From a phage, in sequence record PZ445134.1: a stretch of 64,000 nt of DNA; one strand, 5' to 3'. Numbering within the stretch: the stretch's first letter is position 1; each line of letters starts with the position of its first letter. Of this stretch, positions 18,753-28,690 are shown one piece after another. Under the pieces are notes generated by a model. The model searched no databases, was not told where the DNA came from, and was given only the letters and a program-made list of their open reading frames with translations. The translations under genes and the position numbers were made by a program.

Positions 18753-19223
18753 TTAATCATGTTTCCACACCCCGTCGGTATTTGTCCAAAGTCGCTGATT
18801 ATCTGATCCTCGCCACAGTTTTTTGGTCGGAAGATTTTTCTCATACTTCCCATCAATAATAACATCAACATATTTAAGCATTTCTAGTTGTTTAATATCT
18901 TCAAACTTATATCCTGTCCACAACCAAATGCTTTTATTGGGATAAAGTTTTTTTACTGTTTGAACAATGCAATGAACAACATCTTGGTTATCAGGATAGA
19001 GAGGGTCTCCTCCAGTTATAGTTAATCCTTCTATATAATCGTTATTCAAACATTCAATTAATTGTTCCAGCGTTTCACCGGTGAATGGGATACCATTTCT
19101 AGCGTTCCATGTTGATTTATTATAACACCCCTCGCATTTATGCAAACAACCTGTAACGAAAAGAACGACCCTGCAACCGGGGCCATTCACAAAATCGCAA
19201 GGATAAAATCTATCATAATTCAT
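18753..19223 (-). CDS. nrdG: anaerobic ribonucleotide reductase activating protein NrdG (radical SAM)
   Basis: 156 aa; CLHKCEGC (Cx3Cx2C) near N-terminus; start overlaps nrdD stop. Confidence 0.9.
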   Translation of the reverse strand: MNYDRFYPCDFVNGPGCRVVLFVTGCLHKCEGCYNKSTWNARNGIPFTGETLEQLIECLNNDYIEGLTITGGDPLYPDNQDVVHCIVQTVKKLYPNKSIWLWTGYKFEDIKQLEMLKYVDVIIDGKYEKNLPTKKLWRGSDNQRLWTNTDGVWKHD

Positions 19224-20518
19224 TGGTGTTTAACCCTATGCATGATTTCTTTATTTTTGCCGAGATTAAATCCGCGTTCGTTCGGATTTCCAAGATAACC
19301 GCATGTTCTTCTTATTGTGTTCATCTTTTTAGGATCAGTTTCTCCGCAAACTGAACAAACAAATCCGTTTTCAGTAGGAGTCATTTCATGAGTACTTCCA
19401 CATGTAAAACATTTATCTACTGGCATATTAACACCAAAATAATCTAAATGTTGTGCAGCATAATCCCATACAGCCTCAAGACCTTTTAGGTTATTTTTCA
19501 TATCAGGAAGTTCAACATAAGAAATGTGACCACCAGTCGCAATGAAATGATATGGCGCTTCACGAGAAATCTTTTCAAACGGAGTAATATTTTCTTCTAC
19601 TGAAACGTGGAAACTATTAGTGTACCAGCCTTTATCAGTAACATCTTTTACACTTCCATATTTTTCGGTATCAAGTTTACAGAAGCGATAGCACAGGTTT
19701 TCAGCAGGAGTAGAATACAAGCTAAAAGCAAAACCGGTTCTTTCAGTCCACTGCTTAAGACGAGCATTCATTTTAGTCAAAATTTCCTGTCCAATATCAC
19801 GTCCGACAAGAATATTCAATTCGTGAATACCAATGTATCCTAAAGACACTGAACTTCTGCCGTTTTTAAATAACTCAATTATATCATCATCAGGTTTAAG
19901 ACGAACCCCAAATGCACCTTCTTGGTAAAGAATAGGAGCAACAGTAGCTTTAACTCCTTTTAAGGAACTAATTCTACACATCAAAGCTTCAAAACACAGA
20001 TCCATTCGTTCATTAAATAGCTCAACAAATTTCTGTTCATTGAATTGTGTTCCAATATAAGAATCTAACGCAATACGAGGAAGATTCAGTGTTACAACAC
20101 CAAGATTATTACGCCCATCAAGAATTTCATTACCAGTCGAATCTTTCCATACGCTCAAAAAACTACGGCAACCCATTGGAGAAACAGGAACAGATGAACC
20201 GGTGATAGCTTTATTATTCTTAACTGAAATAATATCAGGATACATTCTTTTGCTTGCACATTCTAACGCAAGCTGCTTAATATCATAGTTCGGGTCGTCT
20301 TTATAAAGATTAACACCCTCTTCAACGAACATAACAAGTTTAGGGAAAATAGGAGTTATCCCATCGCGACCAAGACCTTTAATACGATTTTTCAGAATTG
20401 CTTTCTGAATCATTCGTTCAGTCCAGTCAGTTCCCGTGCCAAATGTAATGGTTACAAAAGGCGTTTGTCCGTTTGAACTGAAAAGTGTATTTACTTCATC
20501 ATTATATTCAGCATGAGT
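19220..20518 (-). CDS. nrdD: anaerobic ribonucleoside-triphosphate reductase NrdD, exon 2
   Basis: C-terminal glycyl-radical motif RTCGYLG and Zn-ribbon CxxC pairs; 5' boundary is the inferred 3' splice site (approximate). Confidence 0.8.
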   Translation of the reverse strand, partial: THAEYNDEVNTLFSSNGQTPFVTITFGTGTDWTERMIQKAILKNRIKGLGRDGITPIFPKLVMFVEEGVNLYKDDPNYDIKQLALECASKRMYPDIISVKNNKAITGSSVPVSPMGCRSFLSVWKDSTGNEILDGRNNLGVVTLNLPRIALDSYIGTQFNEQKFVELFNERMDLCFEALMCRISSLKGVKATVAPILYQEGAFGVRLKPDDDIIELFKNGRSSVSLGYIGIHELNILVGRDIGQEILTKMNARLKQWTERTGFAFSLYSTPAENLCYRFCKLDTEKYGSVKDVTDKGWYTNSFHVSVEENITPFEKISREAPYHFIATGGHISYVELPDMKNNLKGLEAVWDYAAQHLDYFGVNMPVDKCFTCGSTHEMTPTENGFVCSVCGETDPKKMNTIRRTCGYLGNPNERGFNLGKNKEIMHRVKHQ

Positions 20519-21539
20519 CGCAAATTCATGCCCGTTTATATGAAACAACAAAATTTGGATAGTCCATAGATATGCAACGTTCTTTTATAGTGCTAGGATG
20601 AAAATTTAGCGCTTTAGCTGCTTCTATATAAGACGTATACTTAATACCGTCAACAACCACATATTCAGGAACTTTATGAATAGTAGTCTTAATACTCAAA
20701 ACAAGAGGATGAGTTTCGACTTCACTTTCAGTGCAATTTAAATATTCCGCTGCTTTTTTAAAACTTCTAAAAGTTTTATTTTTAAGCTTTATCGATACTT
20801 GTTTTTTACTTTTTCGACTATTGATATTATTTTGCACATGTTCCTTAGATCTTCTGTTTTTAGCATAATATTCAGCCACAGAAGATTTTATATTGTTTTT
20901 ATGAGATTCGGATAACACTTTACCCTTATGAGCATCTCTTAATTTTTGAATATGTTCTTCAGTATCCGGATGCTTATAAAACTTTTTACCGCCTATGGAT
21001 TTATTTAAACATTTTTTGCTATAAAAATATTTACGTATGACCTCTTCTTCATGTTTTAATGCATCTTTATAACTATCAAATGTTTTTAAAATTATCCATT
21101 TAGTAGGTGTATCAGTTTTTAAGCGTTCATTTATATACTTAGATGACGTTGTGTAAGTTTTCCAGTTTGTGGGCTTGTTTTTAATTGTTCTAAATTTTTT
21201 ATAACCGATATAAATGTCGCCATTAGAAAACTTAACTAAGTATGTAAATGCGTCTTTATCTTTTATTTTAGTACAACGTCTTTTTATCCATTTCATTGTT
21301 TCACCTCGTATTCATAAGATAATCTTATTTATACAAGATGACTGCTGCATGTCGCCATGCAGATTAGACTATATCTTCATCTTTCGATGCCGGCCGTTTC
21401 GAATAGCATTAGCTTCTATTCTACACCGCTACATTCATCACGGTTAGTCGTTAGGCATTTAGTTCAAAAGAACATTTAGCACGGGATTGTCTACTAGAGA
21501 GGTTCCCCGTTTAGACCGGTTTTACATGAGCCTGAATTA
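20519..21539 (-). mobile_element. group I self-splicing intron (T4 sunY/nrdD-type), boundaries approximate
   Basis: Minus-strand core elements in order: P-like UAAACGGGGAACC, Q-like AAUCCCGUGC, R-like AACGACUAA, S-like AAGAUAUAGUCU, and CUGCAUG-GCGA-CAUGCAG hairpin; in-frame UAA at intron start; ORF in 3' part. Confidence 0.7.
20526..21296 (-). CDS. intron-encoded GIY-YIG homing endonuclease (I-TevII-like)
   Basis: 256 aa; N-terminal FTYLVKFSNGDIYIGYKK GIY-YIG motif; NUMOD-like repeats and basic C-terminal DNA-binding region. Confidence 0.8.
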   Translation of the reverse strand: MKWIKRRCTKIKDKDAFTYLVKFSNGDIYIGYKKFRTIKNKPTNWKTYTTSSKYINERLKTDTPTKWIILKTFDSYKDALKHEEEVIRKYFYSKKCLNKSIGGKKFYKHPDTEEHIQKLRDAHKGKVLSESHKNNIKSSVAEYYAKNRRSKEHVQNNINSRKSKKQVSIKLKNKTFRSFKKAAEYLNCTESEVETHPLVLSIKTTIHKVPEYVVVDGIKYTSYIEAAKALNFHPSTIKERCISMDYPNFVVSYKRA

Positions 21540-22082
21540 AATTAACTCATACGCCTGGAATGCATCATATACGTCTTTTTCTGTTTTAGATTGGGCATAA
21601 TTCAACGCATCAGCGATTTGCCATTTTTCTGCATCCTCAATATGTTTTGCATAGGTGCGTTTAACATAAGGAGAAAGTACTTTGTCTACATTAGCAAAAG
21701 TCGTTCCGCCGTATTGATGGGAAGCAACCTGTGCGGTAATTTGTGCCATAATTGCAGTAGCAACACCAATCGATTTAGGCGTTTCAATTTGAGCATTGCC
21801 TAATTTAAATCCATTCTCAAGCATCCCCTTTAAATCGACTAAACAGCAATTAGTAAACGGAAGAGCAGGAGAATAATCAATATCATGCATGTGAATGATT
21901 CCGCTTTCATGCGCATGCATAATAAAAGACGGGACCATATTTTTGGCAATGTGCTTAGACACAATACCAGCCATAAGGTCCCGTTGAGTTGGAAAAACAC
22001 GAGAATCTTTATTAGCATTCTCGTTCAAAAGATCTTTATTAGTTTTATGAATTAATCCTTCAATTTCTTTTTCAATTTTCAT
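21540..22082 (-). CDS. nrdD: anaerobic ribonucleoside-triphosphate reductase NrdD, exon 1
   Basis: 181 aa N-terminal segment; ORF ends at a stop inside the intron; 3' boundary is the inferred 5' splice site. Confidence 0.8.
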
Positions 22083-22552
22083 TTTAAACTCTTTCTAAGC
22101 TGCTTTTTGAATGAAGCTATTAATTGTGTTTTGGTATCAGATTCATTATATTCAAATCCTCTTTGAAGCATCTCGGCCATCATTTCCTCTTTACCTAGTC
22201 TTGAGAACTCTTTAGTTTTGTCTGGAACAAAATTAGGATGGATATTATTATCAGAATAATCTTGTTTCAAATAAGCGAGAAGAGCTTCAAGCCATTCGAG
22301 GTAGTCGACATCACGTCCTTTAAGACCGGAACGGTTGAACTTATGCTTCATTTGACCTTCTGCTGCGTTGCACAGATTACAGAGTAATCCACGAACTCTA
22401 CCGGCTTTTGGCCCGTTTAATTCATGGTCGTGGTCAAGATGGTTACCTTGAACATCAGGGTCTAATTCACGGTGGCAAATAGGACACTTACCGTTCTGTG
22501 CATCATAAAATTTTTGTTTTTCTTCTTTATATTTTGCGCCTGATAATAACAT
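22079..22552 (-). CDS. 49: endonuclease VII (Holliday junction resolvase) gp49
   Basis: 157 aa; CPICHRELD...HLDHDHE zinc/His-Cys box as I recall for T4 endo VII. Confidence 0.9.
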   Translation of the reverse strand: MLLSGAKYKEEKQKFYDAQNGKCPICHRELDPDVQGNHLDHDHELNGPKAGRVRGLLCNLCNAAEGQMKHKFNRSGLKGRDVDYLEWLEALLAYLKQDYSDNNIHPNFVPDKTKEFSRLGKEEMMAEMLQRGFEYNESDTKTQLIASFKKQLRKSLK

Positions 22553-22587
22553 GATAAACCCTTACCTTAAATAGATAAGGGTATTTA

Positions 22588-23013
22588 TTAACTTAAACGT
22601 CTTTCTAAATATTCAATGTATTCTGCGGCTGCTTGCATCAGGTTACCTTCATAGCCGTCGTTATTTTCTTGTCCAGCTAATTTAGCTAATGCATAAGAAA
22701 TTCGTTCACCTTCGAATTCACCAAGTTTACTACCTAGCACATCCGCAATATCAGCCGAATCAATTTCTTCGAGTTCATCTATTGAATGGGATTCCCAGAA
22801 GCACCAAAGAGAAGTATCACGGTCATAGATGCAAAGTTTCTCACCTGTGTTCAACATCACTTCGATAATGCCATGGCCGCCATAACCATCTTCGGTAGTA
22901 GTACCAATTACCTTGATGATTGTTCCTTTCTTTAATTCAGGAAACTTGTCTTGTAGTTCTTCATCTTCTTTAACAATCTTGAACCATTTACCGCGAGTTT
23001 CAGAAATATTCAT
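22588..23013 (-). CDS. hypothetical protein
   Basis: 141 aa acidic ORF. Confidence 0.5.
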   Translation of the reverse strand: MNISETRGKWFKIVKEDEELQDKFPELKKGTIIKVIGTTTEDGYGGHGIIEVMLNTGEKLCIYDRDTSLWCFWESHSIDELEEIDSADIADVLGSKLGEFEGERISYALAKLAGQENNDGYEGNLMQAAAEYIEYLERRLS

Positions 23014-23014
23014 A

Positions 23015-23212
23015 TCAATATCCTCTATAAAAGTTGCGATGCGTGCGTTTCGCTTTGCGAAGCTGACGTTTAGTTGGTCGAACCGTAAATGGTCGTCCGG
23101 AGAAAAAATTTGGTTCGGTTTTAATCAACACATACCAATCGTGTTCGCCACTTTTTAATAAACGGTACAATAATTTAACTTGCATAATAATCTCTTCCCA
23201 TTTCCAAATCAA
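23015..23212 (-). CDS. hypothetical basic protein
   Basis: 65 aa ORF. Confidence 0.35.
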   Translation of the reverse strand: MIWKWEEIIMQVKLLYRLLKSGEHDWYVLIKTEPNFFSGRPFTVRPTKRQLRKAKRTHRNFYRGY

Positions 23213-23313
23213 TCATATCGTTTACTGTAGGTTCATCATAACACGTTTCTTCGTCGTTGTAAACTGTTTCGACGTCTGGCTCGACAGTTTCCCATCGAGC
23301 CGAATACCATGGT

Positions 23314-23649
23314 TTAACCCCGGAGTTTATTGAGCTCTTCATAATCAATCCAGGATTCTAGCCCTGACGGCAGGTCACATTCAATGTTCCACAGAAGCTC
23401 TTCGATGGCTTGTAGGCGATTATATTCTTCAACAGTAATAGTAACCATTGTTTCAGGCTTTTTAACCATCATGTCATTCATCAGAATGTACAGGTCTTCA
23501 CAAACAGCCGGGTCGTCCCATGTCCATATTTCAGCATCTCGAACCAATGAAGTCGGAATCGAATTTAAAACTTCAAGCTTAGTAGGAGCGTCAGGGCCGA
23601 GAAGAGTTGCTACAAATTTATACGCTCTGGCGAAATCAATATCATTCAT
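23314..23649 (-). CDS. hypothetical protein
   Basis: 111 aa acidic ORF. Confidence 0.5.
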   Translation of the reverse strand: MNDIDFARAYKFVATLLGPDAPTKLEVLNSIPTSLVRDAEIWTWDDPAVCEDLYILMNDMMVKKPETMVTITVEEYNRLQAIEELLWNIECDLPSGLESWIDYEELNKLRG

Positions 23650-23909
23650 TTAAAATATTCTCGCAGTTGGTCGAATCCACCAATGTGACTTCCGTCAGGA
23701 GCAAACACTTGAGGCATAGTCAATCCGACTTGTGATTCACGTCCAAGCTTAACCAGAAGCTCAGCAATTTTCTCATCATCAAAAACACCTTTTTCTGGCA
23801 TAACATTAATGAATTCAAATGGCTGTTTCTTAACAGTCAGCAATCGTTTCGCATTATCGCAATAAATGCATTTATGAATAGTAGAGTCATACCCGTACAC
23901 TTTAAACAT
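23646..23909 (-). CDS. nrdC: thioredoxin/glutaredoxin NrdC
   Basis: MFKVYGYDSTIHKCIYCDNAKRLLTVKKQPFEFINVMPEKG... matches my recall of T4 NrdC; start at internal ATG. Confidence 0.85.
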   Translation of the reverse strand: MFKVYGYDSTIHKCIYCDNAKRLLTVKKQPFEFINVMPEKGVFDDEKIAELLVKLGRESQVGLTMPQVFAPDGSHIGGFDQLREYFK

Positions 23910-24315
23910 TATTTTTCCTTTCATCAATTAAATATGCAATGCCAAATACAATACATGTAATAAAACCTGTGATACAGATAGAAACCAACAACACTGTACC
24001 AAAGAACCAAATCAAGTTATCTTTAGTAGTTTGTTTGATATCCATCTCACGAATTTCTATAGCTATCGTATCACCTTTATTAAGAAGCGTATAAAACGAT
24101 GGTGATACATGCCTGTCAAAAACTCGACCTTGTTCATCTTTATAAACTGCAATAAATTCCAGTTTAGAATATTTTCCTGTAGATTGACCTGAAATTAATT
24201 CCACTACCTCCACAGGAATTACTTTAGTTTCCATGTAAGTATTCTGGCTGTTCCAAATGAATGGAATGATGGCAAAAACTAAAGCTGTAATAAAACAACG
24301 AAGGCTATATCTCAT
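23902..24315 (-). CDS. membrane protein
   Basis: 137 aa with N- and C-terminal hydrophobic helices. Confidence 0.5.
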   Translation of the reverse strand: MRYSLRCFITALVFAIIPFIWNSQNTYMETKVIPVEVVELISGQSTGKYSKLEFIAVYKDEQGRVFDRHVSPSFYTLLNKGDTIAIEIREMDIKQTTKDNLIWFFGTVLLVSICITGFITCIVFGIAYLIDERKNNV

Positions 24316-24620
24316 TATAATGTTCTCTCAAATTTGTGGAAGCATTTACGGCATTTCAATTTCAAGTTATCAGTGGTCCAGTTAACCAGTTGGACTTGGA
24401 TAGTTCCACATTCCGGACATGGATGTTTTGCTGCCGATTTGGCAGCATTTTCACGTCGTTCAACCATTTTCATTATTTCGTTCCATGCCGGAGGAACGAA
24501 CTCTTCTTCACCGTGGATTTTATCTCGCTGAACAAATTCAATCTTTGAACTATCGTCGATAAACTTAACCAAGCTGTGATTAGTGCTCATGTCAATATCC
24601 TCTAAAAGACGTAGTTTCAT
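24315..24620 (-). CDS. hypothetical zinc-ribbon protein
   Basis: 101 aa; CPECG...CRKC. Confidence 0.45.
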   Translation of the reverse strand: MKLRLLEDIDMSTNHSLVKFIDDSSKIEFVQRDKIHGEEEFVPPAWNEIMKMVERRENAAKSAAKHPCPECGTIQVQLVNWTTDNLKLKCRKCFHKFERTL

Positions 24621-25570
24621 TATAAAACCTCAATGGCATTTCGTAAACCATCCGCTTTCGCATTCAGAGCTTTTAACGATTTAGTTTTTTCTGCAATCTG
24701 GGCTTCGACTTCTTTCAGTCGAGATTTGAGATATTCGCGTTCTTCTCTTAAATTATCAACTTTTTCTACTTTAGGTTCTTTAATAGGCTTAGGTTTATAC
24801 GTATTAGGGTTCTTCAGTTTAATTAGAATGTGTGAACTGTACAGCATTGAACCATTATCTTCGGTTTCGTCATACATTTCCACTACGTCCATCATCTCCA
24901 CCATCGTGCAGAGTTTATAAGACAACGAACGAATAGTTTTGTTGTGCTTATTAATTTCTTTAGAGTTCATGGTGCCTAGATTACGCGAGTAGTAATAAGG
25001 AACCTGGATATCAATTGTCAATGATGCGTTACCATTACCAGTTGGTTTGAATACTGCAGTAACCCAATCTTTAACATGAACTTTATTTGTACGACCATCG
25101 CCACCTGTGAATAATTTACGAGAATGTTTAAAAAGCATATTCACTTGGTTATTGAATTCACAAGCAAATTTATCAGCAAATTTAGTTTCAGGAATGGTAG
25201 ATAACCAATCAGCCAAGTAGGTCTTTTTAACATCGTTAACAATAGTAAATTCAACCAAATCGGTTATAGATGTCGCAGTTTTAATGAAGCTCGGCTTCAT
25301 AAAGTTTTTAATGTTATCGCGAGCTATAGTAGAAGATAATAAACGAGAACGTTTGAACCATTGAAGCAGTGTCCCTAATGAATGAGAATACGCATTCTGA
25401 GTATCTTTACAGATATGATTTTCTTGGCCTGTGTATGTACCAAAATCGCGAAGAATACCGCTTACTACAACTCGGTGTGGAACATCAAATCCTAATGAAC
25501 CAGAAGCACGTTGGGCATGAACGTTAGCGATAAGACCTGCAAAATAATCAACGTAATGTGAACGTGTCAT
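24620..25570 (-). CDS. hypothetical protein with C-terminal coiled coil
   Basis: 316 aa; own early promoter at 25599..25627. Confidence 0.6.
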   Translation of the reverse strand: MTRSHYVDYFAGLIANVHAQRASGSLGFDVPHRVVVSGILRDFGTYTGQENHICKDTQNAYSHSLGTLLQWFKRSRLLSSTIARDNIKNFMKPSFIKTATSITDLVEFTIVNDVKKTYLADWLSTIPETKFADKFACEFNNQVNMLFKHSRKLFTGGDGRTNKVHVKDWVTAVFKPTGNGNASLTIDIQVPYYYSRNLGTMNSKEINKHNKTIRSLSYKLCTMVEMMDVVEMYDETEDNGSMLYSSHILIKLKNPNTYKPKPIKEPKVEKVDNLREEREYLKSRLKEVEAQIAEKTKSLKALNAKADGLRNAIEVL

Positions 25571-25598
25571 AATATTTTCCTCTCGTTAAGATAGATTC

Positions 25599-25627
25599 AT
25601 TATACTCCAACCGTCCTTGGTTGTAAA
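25599..25627 (-). promoter_or_regulatory. T4-type early promoter (minus strand)
   Basis: GTTTACA-17 nt-TATAAT on minus strand. Confidence 0.5.
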
Positions 25628-25632
25628 CTGAT

Positions 25633-26565
25633 TTATGATTTTAATGCATTCATTGCGTTAAAAAGTTTAGAGTACTGCAACTGGAGCTTGGTAACTACTT
25701 GTTGAGCATCACGAAGCTTAGCTTGTGCTTTGTCAAGTTCAACAGACAGTTGGTCCACAGTGGCTTTGATTTGATTATAATAGTAATCTTCGGCAGGAAG
25801 AAGACCGTTAGAGATTTCCAGTTTAGTCGACGGTGTGCCGTTAAACATAACAGGTTGTGCTGAAGCTGCATTAATCTTACCGATAGTCGGGGCGACAATA
25901 ATTGACGCTTCGAACGTTGCATTTTCCTTTTTAAGATTTTTATAATATTCAGAGTCTTTGTGCCACCATGGCGCAGGAACCTTTTTACCAATAGATACAC
26001 GAGCCTGGATAGCGATATGGCCCTTATTCTTGATAACGTCGATAATATTAAGCTCACGAGAATAAATTGCTTTAATCTGGTGAATATTATCACCTAACAC
26101 TTCCAACGCTTGGTGGAATACACGAGCAACGTTATCATTCTTAGGTTTATACGTAAGAGTGAACTCATTCTCACTGATAACCATGATTTCTAACTTATCG
26201 TAAGTATATTTCAAATGTTTCATGTTAATTGCTTGAGGACGAATACGAGAAGCAATGGCCATCAAATTGTTAAGGTTATTCCGGAACTGCTTAGCGAAAT
26301 ATTGTCCTTCACCGCCAATACAAAAATTACGAAGTTTCTGTTTGGCTAATAAACGGCTGAACTCACCATTTTTAATGAACTCTTTAACAGGTGTGTTAGT
26401 AACGCATTCAAATTGAGTAAACTTACGAGAAGTAATCCCATAATATGAACAGATTTCCTCAATCTCTTCAGGGGTCTTTACAGGCATACGGATAGGATTA
26501 GGTCCTGGAGTATATGCGTTCGAGGTAAATTCTTTGATAAGTTCTCTACGTGTAATAAAAGCCAT
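25633..26565 (-). CDS. hypothetical protein with C-terminal coiled coil
   Basis: 310 aa; own promoter at ~26592..26620. Confidence 0.6.
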   Translation of the reverse strand: MAFITRRELIKEFTSNAYTPGPNPIRMPVKTPEEIEEICSYYGITSRKFTQFECVTNTPVKEFIKNGEFSRLLAKQKLRNFCIGGEGQYFAKQFRNNLNNLMAIASRIRPQAINMKHLKYTYDKLEIMVISENEFTLTYKPKNDNVARVFHQALEVLGDNIHQIKAIYSRELNIIDVIKNKGHIAIQARVSIGKKVPAPWWHKDSEYYKNLKKENATFEASIIVAPTIGKINAASAQPVMFNGTPSTKLEISNGLLPAEDYYYNQIKATVDQLSVELDKAQAKLRDAQQVVTKLQLQYSKLFNAMNALKS

Positions 26566-26620
26566 TTTATATTCCTCGTGTTGAAAAATTTATTATACTC
26601 CAACCATCCTTGGTTGTACA

Positions 26621-27616
26621 TCATTCCTTAAGAAGTTTTACTACTTGAATAAGATTAGCTCGTTCTGTTTTATTTTTACCATTTAAGCCTGCTAATCGTG
26701 AGATTTCATCGTCAGTCTGTTGAATAGTTACATTAAGTTCGTTAATCAAAGCTTCAAAGTATTTGATTTGCTCAGCATGTTTTGATTCAAATTTCTGAAC
26801 CGGAATAACGTCTTGGTTCAGTTCATCAATAAGGACTTTAAGAGCATCTTCTTGGTTGATATCGTATTCAATTTCTTTTATTTCTTCAACGAGCTCGTCT
26901 TTATATCTAACGTCTTTTAGTCCTGGTGCTGGTCCTGAAATCTCTTCTTTAAGAGTGCAAACATATCCAATACGGTATCCAATGCCGTCTCGCTTGATAT
27001 CAACTTCGTCAATAAATCCACAATGTTTAAGACCAGAGCCGATTATGTCAAAATATCCTTGACGTCGTCCTTCAAACGTTACACGAACTACTAAGACAGT
27101 TTTACCACCGACCTTTTGAAGCTCACATTTATAAAAGTTTGTTGAACCTGAATAACGTGGATGAGTTTTAAAGTTCATCTGACGATCTAGGCCCATTTGT
27201 AAGCGTGCTGATACGGCCATAAAACGTGTTTGGTTCTCGTTAAGATGAGCAACAATCCATTTCAAAGGCATTTTACACTGTTCACGACCGAACAAATCAG
27301 TACGTCCTAGATTACGCAGGATGTTGTTAGAGTTAATCATCGACAGAACGTTAAGTTTATTCAGCGCGCTGAAGATTCCATCGGCCATTGATTTTCCGTA
27401 ACCTTTACACGCTTTAATAAGCGCTCGCGGTAGATTAGTATAGATTTCAGACGGCATATGAAAATCAAATTTACTAGTCAGTAATTGATGAACTTGGATA
27501 GCAATTTGCTCATAATTAAGTGCTCTGCGATCATTATGATCTTTAAACCACACTTTAATCTGTGAAGCACATAAACCGTTAATTTCATGTTTTACCGCAT
27601 CAGATGTAATGCTCAT
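26621..27616 (-). CDS. hypothetical protein with C-terminal coiled coil
   Basis: 331 aa; promoter-like TTTACC/TATAAT upstream. Confidence 0.6.
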   Translation of the reverse strand: MSITSDAVKHEINGLCASQIKVWFKDHNDRRALNYEQIAIQVHQLLTSKFDFHMPSEIYTNLPRALIKACKGYGKSMADGIFSALNKLNVLSMINSNNILRNLGRTDLFGREQCKMPLKWIVAHLNENQTRFMAVSARLQMGLDRQMNFKTHPRYSGSTNFYKCELQKVGGKTVLVVRVTFEGRRQGYFDIIGSGLKHCGFIDEVDIKRDGIGYRIGYVCTLKEEISGPAPGLKDVRYKDELVEEIKEIEYDINQEDALKVLIDELNQDVIPVQKFESKHAEQIKYFEALINELNVTIQQTDDEISRLAGLNGKNKTERANLIQVVKLLKE

Positions 27617-27678
27617 ATCTATTTCCTCAGATTGAATTGGAACTCAAAACCATTATAACCCGTCCTTGGGTAAAGCGT

Positions 27679-28206
27679 TTATGCGTGAACCGTCTTTAAA
27701 CGTTCTTCAAATTTCCGAAGAGTACTAATACGTTCTGCTTTCTGTTTTGTATAGTTTGCAATACGTTCTGAAGTGAGAGCGTATCGTTCATTTACTGTTT
27801 CTTTCATGAAGTCAGGGATTTCACGAGAAGCTTTAATTTCATCAAACTTATCGAGTACTGCCTGGTCTTCAGCGATTAAATTTTCGTACATCTCGATATC
27901 TTTCTTGATAAACTCGATATCTTCCTGGGTTACTTTGGATAAACGAGATGCTTTATCCTTTTTGTACTGCTCGTTAGTTTCACGAGACCAGAATAATGTA
28001 CGTTTTTTGTTAGTGTTTTTGTAGACTTCCACAATTCCAACTGAATCGATGATAGCAATCCAATTCCAGCGAGATTTGAAAATCTGACCTCCATCCACGG
28101 TAATCTCGTTACCATAAGCAACGTCATTAAAGAACTTGCTTTGTGCTTCAGATTTAAATTTACCGTCGTTATAATTTACCAGGTTGAAAATATCTTTAGC
28201 GTTCAT
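27679..28206 (-). CDS. hypothetical protein
   Basis: 175 aa ORF. Confidence 0.55.
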   Translation of the reverse strand: MNAKDIFNLVNYNDGKFKSEAQSKFFNDVAYGNEITVDGGQIFKSRWNWIAIIDSVGIVEVYKNTNKKRTLFWSRETNEQYKKDKASRLSKVTQEDIEFIKKDIEMYENLIAEDQAVLDKFDEIKASREIPDFMKETVNERYALTSERIANYTKQKAERISTLRKFEERLKTVHA

Positions 28207-28264
28207 GTTTTACCTCCAGTAGTTGATAGGTCTATAATAACATAACCATAGACCTTGTAAACAA

Positions 28265-28552
28265 CTAAAAGAAACTTTTTTCGGTATTTTTTCCACTGAA
28301 CCAAACCGATTTCGGAATTTTCTGTAATTTTTCAGATTTAAGTTTCTCTTCCTGTTCTTTCTTATATGCATCCTTGTCGTACTGGAACAACTCTAAGGCA
28401 TTCTTTTGTAGACGGTCTAAGGTAATTAAGGCTTTAGTTTTTCCTTTCAAGGAAGAGTCCTGGCGAACCTCCTCGCTATATTGCATCGTAGAACTAACCA
28501 TACGATGAGCATACAGTTCGACTGCGGCTTTAATTTTTTGCATAAAATCCAT
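28265..28552 (-). CDS. hypothetical protein
   Basis: 95 aa Lys/Glu-rich ORF. Confidence 0.4.
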   Translation of the reverse strand: MDFMQKIKAAVELYAHRMVSSTMQYSEEVRQDSSLKGKTKALITLDRLQKNALELFQYDKDAYKKEQEEKLKSEKLQKIPKSVWFSGKNTEKSFF

Positions 28553-28690
28553 AACATAGCCTCTTTGATTTGTACAACATTATTTTTAAATATTTCTATG
28601 CCCTCAGTAGGTTCCTGGTGTCCTTCTTTGAGGTAAGCCATATGATTATTCATCTTTATGGCTTTTGTTACCTCAGAACTTCCTATAAGC

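Noticed and set aside
28447-28653. 68-aa minus-strand ORF
   Set aside because: Overlaps the 95-aa ORF by >100 nt in another frame; no independent support.
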